Below are positions 1-8,462 of a stretch of 38,613 bases of DNA, piece after piece. The stretch lies in IMG/VR virus record IMGVR_UViG_3300014838_000041, positions 1 to 38,613 of that record; one strand, 5' to 3'. Under the pieces are notes generated by a model, which was given only the letters and a program-made list of their open reading frames with translations, ran no database searches and was not told where the DNA came from. Every line of letters starts with the position of its first letter. Within the stretch, counting starts at the first letter, position 1. A program made the translations under genes and the position numbers. Source of the DNA: a virus (Duplodnaviria; Caudoviricetes).

Positions 1-40
1 AATAACATACATACATATGCATACTGTAGTTGGTTGTATG

Positions 41-70
41 TATGCTGGGGTATGCTGGGGTATGCTGGGG
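41..70. repeat. 3 perfect tandem copies of TATGCTGGGG; candidate origin iterons
   Basis: Direct repeats at 41-50, 51-60, 61-70. Preceded by inverted repeat CATACATAC (6-14)/GTATGTATG (36-44) in an AT-rich stretch just upstream of replication genes. Confidence 0.75.
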
Positions 71-109
71 GGGATAGGGGATCAGAAGATTCTCAGATCA
101 GAAACGTGA

Positions 110-160
110 TGTCAAGCACTTTTTCACCCCTTGACAATCGTTTGGGATGGGGTGCACACT
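110..160. promoter_or_regulatory. Back-to-back -35 boxes; rightward sigma70-like promoter for replication genes
   Basis: TGTCAA (110-115) and TTGACA (131-136); weak -10 CACACT (155-160) at 18 nt spacing. Confidence 0.5.
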
Positions 161-191
161 TCGCGCCGATGAATCCCACCAGAGGACCGAT

Positions 192-434
192 ATGATCACA
201 ACTGACGTTGACCCGCCAGGGCTGGACCGCGCCGCATGGGACACCTGGCTTGAGTACCGGCGTGCGCTGAAGAAGCCGCTGCGCGAGCCGAGCTGGTGCA
301 TCGCGAAGCGCAAGATGGCCGAGCTGGGCAAGCACCAGATGGCCGCGGTCGAGCACAGCATCGCCAACGGGTACCAGGGCCTCTTCGCCCCTCGCGAGCT
401 GCAGGAAACCATCGACCCGAGCGCCCCGTGGTAG
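192..434 (+). CDS. Phage replication-initiator C-terminal-domain-like protein
   Basis: AGAGGA RBS before ATG 192. Pattern W-x-x-W-x-x-YRRALKKP...SIANGYQGLF resembles phage initiator C-termini; lies upstream of helicase. Confidence 0.6.
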   Translation: MITTDVDPPGLDRAAWDTWLEYRRALKKPLREPSWCIAKRKMAELGKHQMAAVEHSIANGYQGLFAPRELQETIDPSAPW

Positions 435-652
435 AGGCCGACAAGCAGTACTTCGCCGAGATGTTGTCGGCCTTCGCCGCGATCCACAAAGAACGCCTCT
501 CACCGGACATGCGCAACGCCTACTGGATCGCGCTCCAGGACATGGACCGCGGTGAGTTCGAGCGCGTGAGCAAACACCTGATGAAGCACCACCGCTGGTT
601 CCCCAAGCCGGAAGCGTTCTGGACCGCGTCGAAGTCGGCGGGCTGGACATGA
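428..652 (+). CDS. Putative helicase loader/inhibitor-like small protein
   Basis: GTG start overlapping previous gene. YWIALQD...RWFPKPEAF pattern; sits between initiator and helicase. Confidence 0.5.
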   Translation: MVEADKQYFAEMLSAFAAIHKERLSPDMRNAYWIALQDMDRGEFERVSKHLMKHHRWFPKPEAFWTASKSAGWT

Positions 653-1785
653 TCATCGCCACGGGCGCCGTCGCCGCAGAACCGCCTCCACCCCCAGCGC
701 CGGAACCGGTGCAGCCTCCGCAGAAGGACGCCAGCGACGAGCTGATCGCTATCCTGTCGCGTGAGCTGTCGCGTGCCAGGGAGAAGCTGGCCGAGATGGT
801 GATCACCGAGGAAGCGCCAGACGACGGCGCGCCGCAGAAGATCCTGCTCGATTTCAAGGAGGAGGACCCGGCGCAGATCATCGGCGACTACCAGGCGTTC
901 ATGAACACCTTCGACACGCTGCCGATTGACACGGCTGGCGACAAGGTGCGTTTATACAAGGGCGAGTGGTCGATCTGGTCCGGCTTCCCGGGCACCGGCA
1001 AGACCACGCTCCTGCGGCAGATGGCGTGCCACTTCCTGAAGAACGGTCACACCGTGTTCGCCGCGATCCTGGAGCAGGACCCGCGCTGGTTCATCGTCGA
1101 GATGGCGGCAACTGCTGCCGGTGTCGAGATGCCCACGGTCGCGCAGCTGACGAGCTTCCTAACGACGTACGGATCGCGCCTCAAGGTGTGGGGATTCATC
1201 GGCATCGCGGACCACAAGAAGATCTTCGCCATGATCCGCCACCTCGCCGAAAAGCACGGGTGCTCGCATGCTATAATCGACTCCCTCATGGCCCTGGACG
1301 TGGACAGCACCGACAATGAAGCGCAGAGACAATTCGCGAACGTGGTGTCGGCAACTGCTCGCGCAAAGGGCGTACACATTCACCTGGTCGCCCACCCGCG
1401 CAAGCCGATGGCACCGGATCAGGCGCCAAACGTCTGGGATGTGGCGGGAAGCTCGGATCTGGGGCGGCTGGCTTTCAACGTATTTTTTATTCGCCGTGGG
1501 CCTCAAACGCCTGGCAACGACGCGGTTAGCAACATGCTTGTCCACGTCCTTAAGCAGCGCACGAAGGGGACGACGGTGGAGATCCCAGGTTTCTTTTATC
1601 GTTTGCACCGGCAGTTTCACGTGGATTCCTATGCGACTGAGCCTACGAAGTACCTGCCTGACGATCAGTATCCTCCTGCGGGGATAAACGACGACATGCC
1701 GTTTCACGAGTCCAATCCCGACGCGTTCCGCGTGGAGCGCGCACCGATTGAAGAGCCACGCGTCGAGCAACCCTGGGAATTTTGA
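649..1785 (+). CDS. SF4 (DnaB/T7 gp4/Twinkle-like) replicative helicase
   Basis: Walker A GFPGTGKTT, Walker B AIIDSL, HIHLVAHPRK, DVAGSSD, KQR motifs. Confidence 0.9.
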   Translation: MIIATGAVAAEPPPPPAPEPVQPPQKDASDELIAILSRELSRAREKLAEMVITEEAPDDGAPQKILLDFKEEDPAQIIGDYQAFMNTFDTLPIDTAGDKVRLYKGEWSIWSGFPGTGKTTLLRQMACHFLKNGHTVFAAILEQDPRWFIVEMAATAAGVEMPTVAQLTSFLTTYGSRLKVWGFIGIADHKKIFAMIRHLAEKHGCSHAIIDSLMALDVDSTDNEAQRQFANVVSATARAKGVHIHLVAHPRKPMAPDQAPNVWDVAGSSDLGRLAFNVFFIRRGPQTPGNDAVSNMLVHVLKQRTKGTTVEIPGFFYRLHRQFHVDSYATEPTKYLPDDQYPPAGINDDMPFHESNPDAFRVERAPIEEPRVEQPWEF

Positions 1786-2132
1786 TGGCCAAGAAAGCGC
1801 CAACCGTCGAAGAGCAGAAGCGAATGGACAAGCTGTCCGAGATGGGCTGCATCGTCTGCCGTCTGAGCTTTGGCGCGTTCATGCCGAACGAGATCCAGCA
1901 CCTCACGTCTGGAGGCCGCCGCAAGGGTCACATGTTCACGATCCCACTTTGTGAGTGGCACCACCGCGGCGTGACCAAGAACGGCCTGACGCCCGAGTAC
2001 ATGACGTCGATCTACGGCCCGAGCTTCGCCAACTCGCGCAAGGACTTTGAGAAGACGTTCGGCAGCGAGGAGTACTTGCTCGCCGAGACCAACAAGTGGC
2101 TTGGTGTTCCCGACGGGAACAAGGGGGAGTAA
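1785..2132 (+). CDS. Ref-like HNH/zinc nuclease
   Basis: GCIVC...EIQH...TIPLCEWHHRG and FEKTFGSE tail. Confidence 0.75.
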   Translation: MAKKAPTVEEQKRMDKLSEMGCIVCRLSFGAFMPNEIQHLTSGGRRKGHMFTIPLCEWHHRGVTKNGLTPEYMTSIYGPSFANSRKDFEKTFGSEEYLLAETNKWLGVPDGNKGE

Positions 2133-2377
2133 TGGCCTGGATTACGAAGCAGCCTCGGCTGACCCAGATCTATGTCTACGTCGCGTGCCAGCTGAACGAC
2201 ATCGGCATCGAGCCGGATGGCGCGCGGATCAAGCCGTGGGTGCGGCAAGAGCTTGAGGACGCGAAGATCGTAGCGGACCCCACCGAGATCGCGATGGTGC
2301 TCTCCGGGTTCCTGCACGAGAAGGCGATCAACCAGGCCGACATCGACAAGCTGATGCAAAATGCCAAGACGGTATGA
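2132..2377 (+). CDS. Hypothetical protein
   Basis: TAATG coupling, GGGGAG RBS. Confidence 0.65.
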   Translation: MAWITKQPRLTQIYVYVACQLNDIGIEPDGARIKPWVRQELEDAKIVADPTEIAMVLSGFLHEKAINQADIDKLMQNAKTV

Positions 2378-2768
2378 CGAGCACACTGAGCAGGTCGCCT
2401 TTTTCGATCTCGCTGCCAAGCGGAGCTACGGTGAGGGTCGCCTTGTCGATTACCTGTTCGCCATTCCTAACGCAGGAACAGTGGGAGGCCGACGCGGCCG
2501 CATTGCGGGAGCTAGAAGGAAAGCTGAGGGAGTTCGTGCCGGAGTGCCCGACATCGAATGCTTTGTTCCCATGGCGCCCTACACCGGACTCCACATCGAG
2601 ATGAAGCGCGTCGACGGCGTCCCTAGCGACGTCTCGAAGGCGCAGCGCGAGGTGATGGCCAGACTGGAGTCCCAGGGACGAAAGTGCGTGGTCGCTTTTG
2701 GAGTACTGGACGCATGGGTAAAACTGTGCGAGTATCTGAAGATCAAGAACGGACTGGGGACAACGTGA
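2361..2768 (+). CDS. VRR-NUC domain nuclease
   Basis: E-x-x-EQ, FAIPNAG, EGVRAGVPD, IEMK, SKAQ motifs. Confidence 0.88.
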   Translation: MPRRYDEHTEQVAFFDLAAKRSYGEGRLVDYLFAIPNAGTVGGRRGRIAGARRKAEGVRAGVPDIECFVPMAPYTGLHIEMKRVDGVPSDVSKAQREVMARLESQGRKCVVAFGVLDAWVKLCEYLKIKNGLGTT

Positions 2769-2902
2769 AGAAACGGTACCGAGTGTTGAGTGGCGATGGC
2801 TTCGAGGAAGTCATCCGAACGGACCGCAGCACCGCGGAGAGCGACGTCGCTATCTTCCGCTGGCTCGGCAAGAAGGCATGGGTTGAGGAGATCGAGCGAT
2901 GA
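2765..2902 (+). CDS. Small hypothetical protein
   Basis: GTGA and ATGA overlaps with both neighbours. Confidence 0.55.
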   Translation: MKKRYRVLSGDGFEEVIRTDRSTAESDVAIFRWLGKKAWVEEIER

Positions 2903-3537
2903 TACAGTTCCAGGAGTTCCCCAAGATCCCGCGCTACCGGCGCGAGGTGGCAATTACCGAGAAATTGGATGGCACCAACGCCGCCGTGGTGTGGACGCCG
3001 GTCAGCACCATGGAGCCGCCGGACGACAACATCATCGCCAGTCGCGTGCTGAAGGATCAGCACGGCAATTCTGTCGGAGAGTACTGGCTCCTGGCTCAGT
3101 CCAGGCAGCGCTTCATCACGCCCTCGCGCGTTAAGCCGAAGAACGACAACTACGGATTCGCGCAGTGGGTCGACGACAACATCAACGAACTGGCGAAGCT
3201 CGGCCCAGGCGTCCACTACGGCGAGTGGTGGGGCTACGGCATCCAGCGCGGCTACGGCATACCCGAGAAACGCTTCAGCCTGTTCAACGTCAACCGCTGG
3301 GGCGACGGCAAGCAGCCGCTGCCCGCGTGCTGCCACGTGGTGCCGCTCATGGGGTACTTTGGTCCGGACCAGATCAGCACCCAGGTCGAGCGGCTGCGCA
3401 CACTGGGCAGCCTGGCGGCTCCGGGGTACATGAAGCCCGAGGGCATCATCGTCTTGCACAGCCAGTCGAAGCAGCACTACAAGATCCTCCTGGAGAACGA
3501 CGAGATCTCCAAGAGTCAACGAGGGGAAGCAGCATGA
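2899..3537 (+). CDS. RNA ligase (Rnl2-like adenylyltransferase domain)
   Basis: Motif I TEKLDGTN, QSR, YGEWWG-x-GIQ, F-x-LF, motif IV EGIIV, motif V YKI. Confidence 0.85.
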   Translation: MIQFQEFPKIPRYRREVAITEKLDGTNAAVVWTPVSTMEPPDDNIIASRVLKDQHGNSVGEYWLLAQSRQRFITPSRVKPKNDNYGFAQWVDDNINELAKLGPGVHYGEWWGYGIQRGYGIPEKRFSLFNVNRWGDGKQPLPACCHVVPLMGYFGPDQISTQVERLRTLGSLAAPGYMKPEGIIVLHSQSKQHYKILLENDEISKSQRGEAA

Positions 3538-3656
3538 GTGGATGGATTTACTGCATCCGAAACGCCTGGCTGATCACGACGCTGGTGCTGTTCAGCACCG
3601 GTCACCTGATCGGCGGCGCGGTCGCCGCGGGAATCACCATCTGGATGCTGTTCTGA
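3534..3656 (+). CDS. Small membrane protein
   Basis: 40 aa, hydrophobic, translationally coupled on both sides. Confidence 0.55.
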   Translation: MSGWIYCIRNAWLITTLVLFSTGHLIGGAVAAGITIWMLF

Positions 3657-4480
3657 TGGCGATCACGGCGCAGGCGCCGAAGCAGAAGGAATGGGCCGAA
3701 GAGGGTGGGCACTGGTACTGCGCCAAGACGGGCGACGCCAGGTACGAGATCATCGGCGCCAACGGCGTCAAGCGGGGCACGACGCTCCGCGACGCCAGGA
3801 AGCACCACCTGGTGCCGTCGGTGACCACCATCGCGCAGATCGAGGCCAAGCCTCAGCTCACGCGCTGGCTGATCGAGCAGGCCGCGCTCGCCTGCATCAC
3901 GCTCCCGAAGATGCCCGGCGAGAACGCCACCGACTTCATGGCCCGCGCCATCGACGACTCCAAGCAGCAGGCTCGCGCCGCCGCAGCCCGCGGCAGCTAC
4001 CTGCACGGGCTGATGGAGGAGACCATGCGGACCGGCCGCGTGCAGTTCAACCAGGAGTCCGACATCGGCTACATCCAGCCGGTGTTCGATTGGCTGTGCG
4101 TCAACTTTCCGGGGTACACCTGGAACGTCGAGCGCACGATCCCGCCGACCCTGGGGTACGGCGGTAAGGTGGACCTGACCGGCACGCACCCGACGCTGCC
4201 GCCGGTCACCATCGACTACAAGTGCAAGGACTTCGACGACCCGAAGAAGAAGCTCGCCTACGACGAGCACTGCACCCAGCTCGCGGCGTACAACCGGGCC
4301 CTGTATCCTGAGTTCTACCTGAACGCCAGGACGCCACGAGGTTTAAACATCTTCATCTCGTCGACGAAGCCCGGGCTGTACATCGTGCACGAGTGGACGA
4401 AGGAAGACCTGCATCGAGGCTGGCTCGCGTTCCAGGCGATGCAGGCACTGTGGACGGTGCGGAAGAAGTTCGATGCGTGA
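3656..4480 (+). CDS. PD-(D/E)XK exonuclease
   Basis: PSVTTI, RGS-x-x-H, E...GGKVDL...IDYK, QLAAY. Confidence 0.85.
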   Translation: MAITAQAPKQKEWAEEGGHWYCAKTGDARYEIIGANGVKRGTTLRDARKHHLVPSVTTIAQIEAKPQLTRWLIEQAALACITLPKMPGENATDFMARAIDDSKQQARAAAARGSYLHGLMEETMRTGRVQFNQESDIGYIQPVFDWLCVNFPGYTWNVERTIPPTLGYGGKVDLTGTHPTLPPVTIDYKCKDFDDPKKKLAYDEHCTQLAAYNRALYPEFYLNARTPRGLNIFISSTKPGLYIVHEWTKEDLHRGWLAFQAMQALWTVRKKFDA

Positions 4481-4730
4481 CGTTTTCTACCAGAAGAACC
4501 GGCAAGGGCTCTGGGTATTCAAGGCCATGACGGACCGCGCCAAGGCCGAGATGCGCAAGCTCCTGGAGGTTCCCCCGGAGCTGGGCGAGGAGGTGTTCAT
4601 GCACGCCACCGACAAGGACTTCAACTTCGTGCGCACCGCCCTGGTCCGATCCGGACTGACGGTGGACGCACCCGAGGATGAGAAGCCGGTGCGCAAGGAG
4701 ATCGACGTGAGGTCCTACACCGAATTTTGA
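4473..4730 (+). CDS. Hypothetical protein
   Basis: Overlapping ORF with typical codon bias. Confidence 0.65.
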   Translation: MRDVFYQKNRQGLWVFKAMTDRAKAEMRKLLEVPPELGEEVFMHATDKDFNFVRTALVRSGLTVDAPEDEKPVRKEIDVRSYTEF

Positions 4731-4732
4731 GC

Positions 4733-4741
4733 TGCTATAAT
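4733..4741 (+). promoter_or_regulatory. Extended -10 promoter, probably leaderless transcript
   Basis: TGCTATAAT followed 7 nt later by ATG 4749; no Shine-Dalgarno. Confidence 0.65.
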
Positions 4742-4748
4742 CGGCGGC

Positions 4749-4943
4749 ATGAGTGACTGGTTCGACATCTTGGAACGGCAGCCGGAGCATGGGCAGCGGA
4801 TTCTCGCTGAGCACCAGGACCGTGTTGCCCGGGTGATCTGCAACTATGACCGATTCAACTTCGAGCAGTGGGGAATCTCTCACTGGAAACCCATGCCACG
4901 GCAACAGAATGGACAACGACAAAATCTATCGCCAGTGCGGTGA
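4749..4943 (+). CDS. DUF551-like small phage protein
   Basis: MSDW...ERQPEHGQRIL...ISHWKPMP. Confidence 0.6.
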   Translation: MSDWFDILERQPEHGQRILAEHQDRVARVICNYDRFNFEQWGISHWKPMPRQQNGQRQNLSPVR

Positions 4944-5232
4944 CGGCTGGAAAGGCCTGATCGACCCGCTGATTCAACGATGCAACGAGGTTGGCGCCAC
5001 CGTCGACCAGATCAAGGAAAAGTACGGCACCCTCCGGTTCTACTACACGCCCCACAATGCGGGCTGGGACGACAAACTGGAGAAACTGGTTGACGATGCC
5101 GAGTATGCGAGTGCGAGAATGTGCGAAATGTGCGGGGCCGAAGGGAAGCTGCTGGTGAACAAGCGTGGTTCCTGGCTGAAGACGCTCTGCCCCGGATGTG
5201 CATTGGATCTAGGCTATAAGGACAAATCATGA
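4909..5232 (+). CDS. Conserved phage hypothetical protein (QIKEKxGxLRFY + CxxCG)
   Basis: GDGW, QIKEKYGTLRFY, CEMCG...TLC. Confidence 0.75.
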   Translation: MDNDKIYRQCGDGWKGLIDPLIQRCNEVGATVDQIKEKYGTLRFYYTPHNAGWDDKLEKLVDDAEYASARMCEMCGAEGKLLVNKRGSWLKTLCPGCALDLGYKDKS

Positions 5233-5624
5233 CTCAGACTGTTCAGCAATTCATCAGCGCGACGTTCGATGGCAAGTGGGCCGGGGATGCGCGCCACGCG
5301 CTCAAGGTGGGCGAGGTTGGATTCCTCCTGGAACTGACACCCGTGTCGGCCAACCCGAATTTCAAGCCGCGCAAGCGCCTGGAGATTCGCCCCCACCCCG
5401 GCCGCCTGGCTGGCTCCCTGGAGGAGATGCTCTACGGCGTCATCGAGGGCGACAGGACCGACGTGGAGTGCCTTGGGGTCGCCAAGGTGACCGAGGTAGC
5501 CCCCAATGGCCGGGGCCGCGTACAGACGCTCTGGGGAGACGAGGCGCGGGCCGCGCTTGAGACCCTGGCGTACCCTGACCTCGGCGACGAGCTGACTATC
5601 GGCGATGAACGATATACCGGTTGA
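5229..5624 (+). CDS. Hypothetical protein
   Basis: ATGA coupling, codon bias. Confidence 0.65.
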   Translation: MTQTVQQFISATFDGKWAGDARHALKVGEVGFLLELTPVSANPNFKPRKRLEIRPHPGRLAGSLEEMLYGVIEGDRTDVECLGVAKVTEVAPNGRGRVQTLWGDEARAALETLAYPDLGDELTIGDERYTG

Positions 5625-5754
5625 CCCGCTGGAGCTGTTCTGCATGGCAGCAATGGCCACCATTGCATTCTGCGCAGCAACCGTGTACTGTTTCTGGTGG
5701 CTGTATACCGAGCTGACTGGAGATGACAATGATCGTAAGCGACGAGGGTCTTGA
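5605..5754 (+). CDS. Small single-TM protein (49 aa)
   Basis: MNDIPVDPLELFCMAAMATIAFCAATVYCFWWLY...; fills the gap between neighbours. Confidence 0.5.
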   Translation: MNDIPVDPLELFCMAAMATIAFCAATVYCFWWLYTELTGDDNDRKRRGS

Positions 5755-5971
5755 GCGCGTCTGGCGCCCGACCGATACCTGGCAGACGAAATGGCGCCAC
5801 TTCAAGATGGAGGGGCATATCCGGCTCTCCACCAGGCAGCGCTACGTCGAGGGCCGGGGGCACACGCACGAAGGGCTCCTGATCGAGGACGTCGTGATGG
5901 AGGAGATCGGGCTGGTGCTGGCAGAAGAAGTGAGAGAGACGAACTACCCAATCCTGAGGAGACGAACGTGA
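5723..5971 (+). CDS. Hypothetical protein
   Basis: GGAG RBS, coupled to next gene. Confidence 0.55.
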   Translation: MTMIVSDEGLERVWRPTDTWQTKWRHFKMEGHIRLSTRQRYVEGRGHTHEGLLIEDVVMEEIGLVLAEEVRETNYPILRRRT

Positions 5972-6360
5972 GTGCAATTGACAGAGCTTTCGCAGACCAA
6001 TTCAAGTACCTTTCCGAGCAGCTGATCGCCTGGCGAGACGTGGCGCCCAAGCTGCAACCGCTGGCCGACCGACTGGAGAAGATGGAGATCGAGCCGCGGT
6101 TTGATGGCTCCTCCCTGCACCTGTACGTGACCGGAGACAAGAAGCAGCTGACCCGAGTGTGGCGCATGCTCCGCGTCTACGGGTACAACACCAGCCCCGA
6201 GAATCGCCCGAAGGACAAGCAGCCGTCGGTGTGCGTCTGGTTTGATCACCAGGACAACGGCACCCGCGTCTACTTCAACTTCACCAGCACCGTCTGCAAG
6301 CGAGTCCAGATCGGAACCGAGATGCGGGAAGTGCCGGTGTACGAGGTACGGTGCGAGTAA
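5968..6360 (+). CDS. Hypothetical protein
   Basis: GAGGAG RBS, GTG start, followed by terminator. Confidence 0.7.
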   Translation: MSAIDRAFADQFKYLSEQLIAWRDVAPKLQPLADRLEKMEIEPRFDGSSLHLYVTGDKKQLTRVWRMLRVYGYNTSPENRPKDKQPSVCVWFDHQDNGTRVYFNFTSTVCKRVQIGTEMREVPVYEVRCE

Positions 6361-6400
6361 AAAAGATGGCCCGGTCAGTGGGGAGACTGCCGGGCCTTTT
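6359..6400. terminator. Bidirectional intrinsic terminator
   Basis: GGCCCGG-T-CAGT ggggag ACTG-CCGGGCC stem, TTTT on + side and A6 (6359-6364) on the other. Confidence 0.75.
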
Positions 6401-6440
6401 CAATGGCCACTCGACTGGTGGCGTTGGGGCGGGTGCTAGC
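6359..6440 (-). ncRNA. Candidate ~80-nt small RNA
   Basis: Minus-strand TGCTATAAT (6456-6448) upstream, internal hairpin GCCAC/GTGGC, terminator with U6; no convincing ORF. Confidence 0.5.
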
Positions 6441-6447
6441 GATTCCG

Positions 6448-6456
6448 ATTATAGCA
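6448..6456 (-). promoter_or_regulatory. Extended -10 promoter (leftward)
   Basis: ATTATAGCA on + equals TGCTATAAT on -. Confidence 0.6.
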
Positions 6457-6488
6457 CGGCCCCCGGATGAACTGACAAGGAGATTACG

Positions 6489-6767
6489 ATGCAGAAAGGG
6501 CAGACGATGCGAATGACGAAGCCATCCAGCATGCGCCGCGGGCGCCGGATGCTTCCGAAGCGCCTGACGATGAACCCGAAGGCGATGGCTGCGGCCGAAT
6601 TCCTGACCCTGGAGGACGCGGCGGCCCATTTCCTGAAGGATGGATACATGGACCTGGGGATCGTTTGCGGCACGCAGACCTTCCGCAAGGGCAGAGACCC
6701 GGTCACGGCGCAGTACGCCGGGATCTGGTACCACGAGGGCGGCTGGGTGGCAATTCAAGAGTATTAG
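6489..6767 (+). CDS. Hypothetical protein
   Basis: AAGGAG RBS. Confidence 0.7.
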   Translation: MQKGQTMRMTKPSSMRRGRRMLPKRLTMNPKAMAAAEFLTLEDAAAHFLKDGYMDLGIVCGTQTFRKGRDPVTAQYAGIWYHEGGWVAIQEY

Positions 6768-6806
6768 ACATTGCCTTACGCGACCAATGCAATACACGGA
6801 GCATGT

Positions 6807-6962
6807 ATGAAGTGGATGATAGTCTGGTGGGTCATTCACGTGGGTCACTCCGAGGCGATCCACATCGAGCGCGACTTCCCGAACCAGCAGGCGTGCGAGA
6901 TCTACGGCGGCGAGCTGACCGCGCACAACGAAGGGATACGCTGGCACTGCAGTATCGAGTAA
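6807..6962 (+). CDS. Small hypothetical protein (hydrophobic N-terminus, two Cys)
   Basis: GGAG RBS; MKWMIVWWVI...ACE...C. Confidence 0.6.
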   Translation: MKWMIVWWVIHVGHSEAIHIERDFPNQQACEIYGGELTAHNEGIRWHCSIE

Positions 6963-6976
6963 ACTAGGAGATCGAC

Positions 6977-7477
6977 ATGAAGACATTGCACCTGGAGAAG
7001 CAGATCTCCACGCTCAAGCGGGAGCGCAACGCCGCCATGAGACGCGCGAAGGCCGCCGAGCTTGCCGCGCAGAAAGACCGGGAGCGATTCAAGGAGCTGC
7101 ACGACTTGCGCACCGCCGACTTCGAGAGTCGTGACGCGCTGGAGATGGAGCTGCTGAGCCTCAAGGAGCAGATCAAGCACTACACCACGCCGAAGCCGCG
7201 CGCGAGCGTCGTCGACTGGTTCCGGACGAAGGTGATCCGCGCGCAGAACTGGCTCAAGGTCAAGCGCCTCAGCAAGGCGCGCGTCGATGCGATCACAGAG
7301 TACGGCAACGTGCCGAACCACCTGATCAGCCTCGCGCAGCGCTACTGGGAGCAGGACCTCCGGCGCCTGCGGTACGAAGCGCCGCGAGAGTTCGACCGAG
7401 ACGGTAAGCCAGCGAAGTGGAACAACAGCGGGCCCGACCTGGTGCAGCGGATCAAGATCATCCTAGGGAGAGCGTGA
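6977..7477 (+). CDS. Hypothetical coiled-coil protein
   Basis: AGGAG RBS; helical charged N-half. Confidence 0.7.
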   Translation: MKTLHLEKQISTLKRERNAAMRRAKAAELAAQKDRERFKELHDLRTADFESRDALEMELLSLKEQIKHYTTPKPRASVVDWFRTKVIRAQNWLKVKRLSKARVDAITEYGNVPNHLISLAQRYWEQDLRRLRYEAPREFDRDGKPAKWNNSGPDLVQRIKIILGRA

Positions 7478-7908
7478 TGTCCAAGAAGTTTAAACACACC
7501 GATTCGTTCAAGACCAAGGAGCGCCTGCGCTGGGAGGTGGGGCACTGGTCGAAGATCGCCGGGGACATGACGCGCGACTACAGCAACGCGCTGCGCACCC
7601 AGGAGCGCCTGAGCCTGGACAACCGCAAGCTGAACGACAAGGTGATCGCCGACGCATTCCTGATCGACGAGCTGAAGCACCAGCTCTCGCAGCAGCACAT
7701 CCAACTTTGCAACATGAGAGAGAACGCCCGTGGACAAAGCCTCGAACGACTTGCCAGCGTCGGACCACGTCATACCGGACGTGGACCCGCGACTGCTCTA
7801 CCTGAACGCACCCCTGGTGTTGGGTCATCTAGCCCGAGTATGCCGGGCAGCGGCGGACACCCTGGAGTCGGGGAAGCCAACCAAGTCCCTCCGGCTGGCG
7901 TTCGGTGA
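7477..7908 (+). CDS. Hypothetical coiled-coil protein
   Basis: TGATG coupling; low-complexity tail overlaps the next ORF. Confidence 0.6.
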   Translation: MSKKFKHTDSFKTKERLRWEVGHWSKIAGDMTRDYSNALRTQERLSLDNRKLNDKVIADAFLIDELKHQLSQQHIQLCNMRENARGQSLERLASVGPRHTGRGPATALPERTPGVGSSSPSMPGSGGHPGVGEANQVPPAGVR

Positions 7909-7987
7909 CGCCACCGCGCTGATCCTGAAGCTCCTGAAACAGTCGGACGAGAAGCCACAGATCAAATCTGTGACGCAGGTCTTGTAA
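7730..7987 (+). CDS. Hypothetical protein
   Basis: GTG start after GAGAG; overlaps upstream ORF by 179 nt. Confidence 0.45.
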   Translation: MDKASNDLPASDHVIPDVDPRLLYLNAPLVLGHLARVCRAAADTLESGKPTKSLRLAFGDATALILKLLKQSDEKPQIKSVTQVL

Positions 7988-8036
7988 TCTCCACTGGAGC
8001 TGCTAATATCAGCGACAGGCAAAACCAGTGGAGATT
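7982..8036 (+). promoter_or_regulatory. Sigma70-like promoter inside a 12-bp inverted repeat
   Basis: TTGTAA (7982-87), N16, TG-C-TAATAT (8004-09). IR AATCTCCACTGG (7986-97)/CCAGTGGAGATT (8025-36). Confidence 0.6.
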
Positions 8037-8040
8037 TGAA

Positions 8041-8409
8041 ATGAACCTGATCAACGCCTTCATCGCCTTCCTAGGCTTCCAGATCCGCGAGGACATCGTG
8101 GTCGTCGGTCACAACGGCGAAATGGCCGATTACGACAACCCCCGCGGCGAGATCTACGGCCGCAGCTACTACGTGGTAGCCACCGCGAACCACCAGGACA
8201 ACCGCAGCCACGACGACGGCCTGCAGTGGGCCAACGCCGAGAGCTTCCGGGACCCGGCAGACGCCAACGCCTACCTGGAGCGCCTCCTGGAGTACGTGAA
8301 CCACGGCGGCCAGCTGGATGAGGAGTTCTGGCGCGAGATCGAGCCCTGCTACGGCACCCAGGCTTGGCTCGACTGGAACGCCGAGCACCCCGAAACTTGG
8401 AATGATTGA
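8041..8409 (+). CDS. Acidic hypothetical early protein
   Basis: GGAGA RBS; own promoter. Confidence 0.75.
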   Translation: MNLINAFIAFLGFQIREDIVVVGHNGEMADYDNPRGEIYGRSYYVVATANHQDNRSHDDGLQWANAESFRDPADANAYLERLLEYVNHGGQLDEEFWREIEPCYGTQAWLDWNAEHPETWND

Positions 8410-8440
8410 CAGGCACCAGGGGGAGGTTTAAACTCCCCCT
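8406..8440 (+). promoter_or_regulatory. Sigma70 promoter with -10 inside an inverted repeat
   Basis: TTGACA (8406-11)-N17-TAAACT (8429-34). IR AGGGGGAG (8418-25)/CTCCCCCT (8433-40). Confidence 0.8.
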
Positions 8441-8462
8441 CAGTCAACAGCAGGAGAGTGAA

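Noticed and set aside
41-70. CRISPR-like array
   Set aside because: 10-bp tandem repeats without spacers; no cas genes.
6761-6798. Imperfect palindrome GTATT..CATTG/CAATG..AATAC as a fifth caged promoter
   Set aside because: No -35/-10 pair at acceptable spacing.
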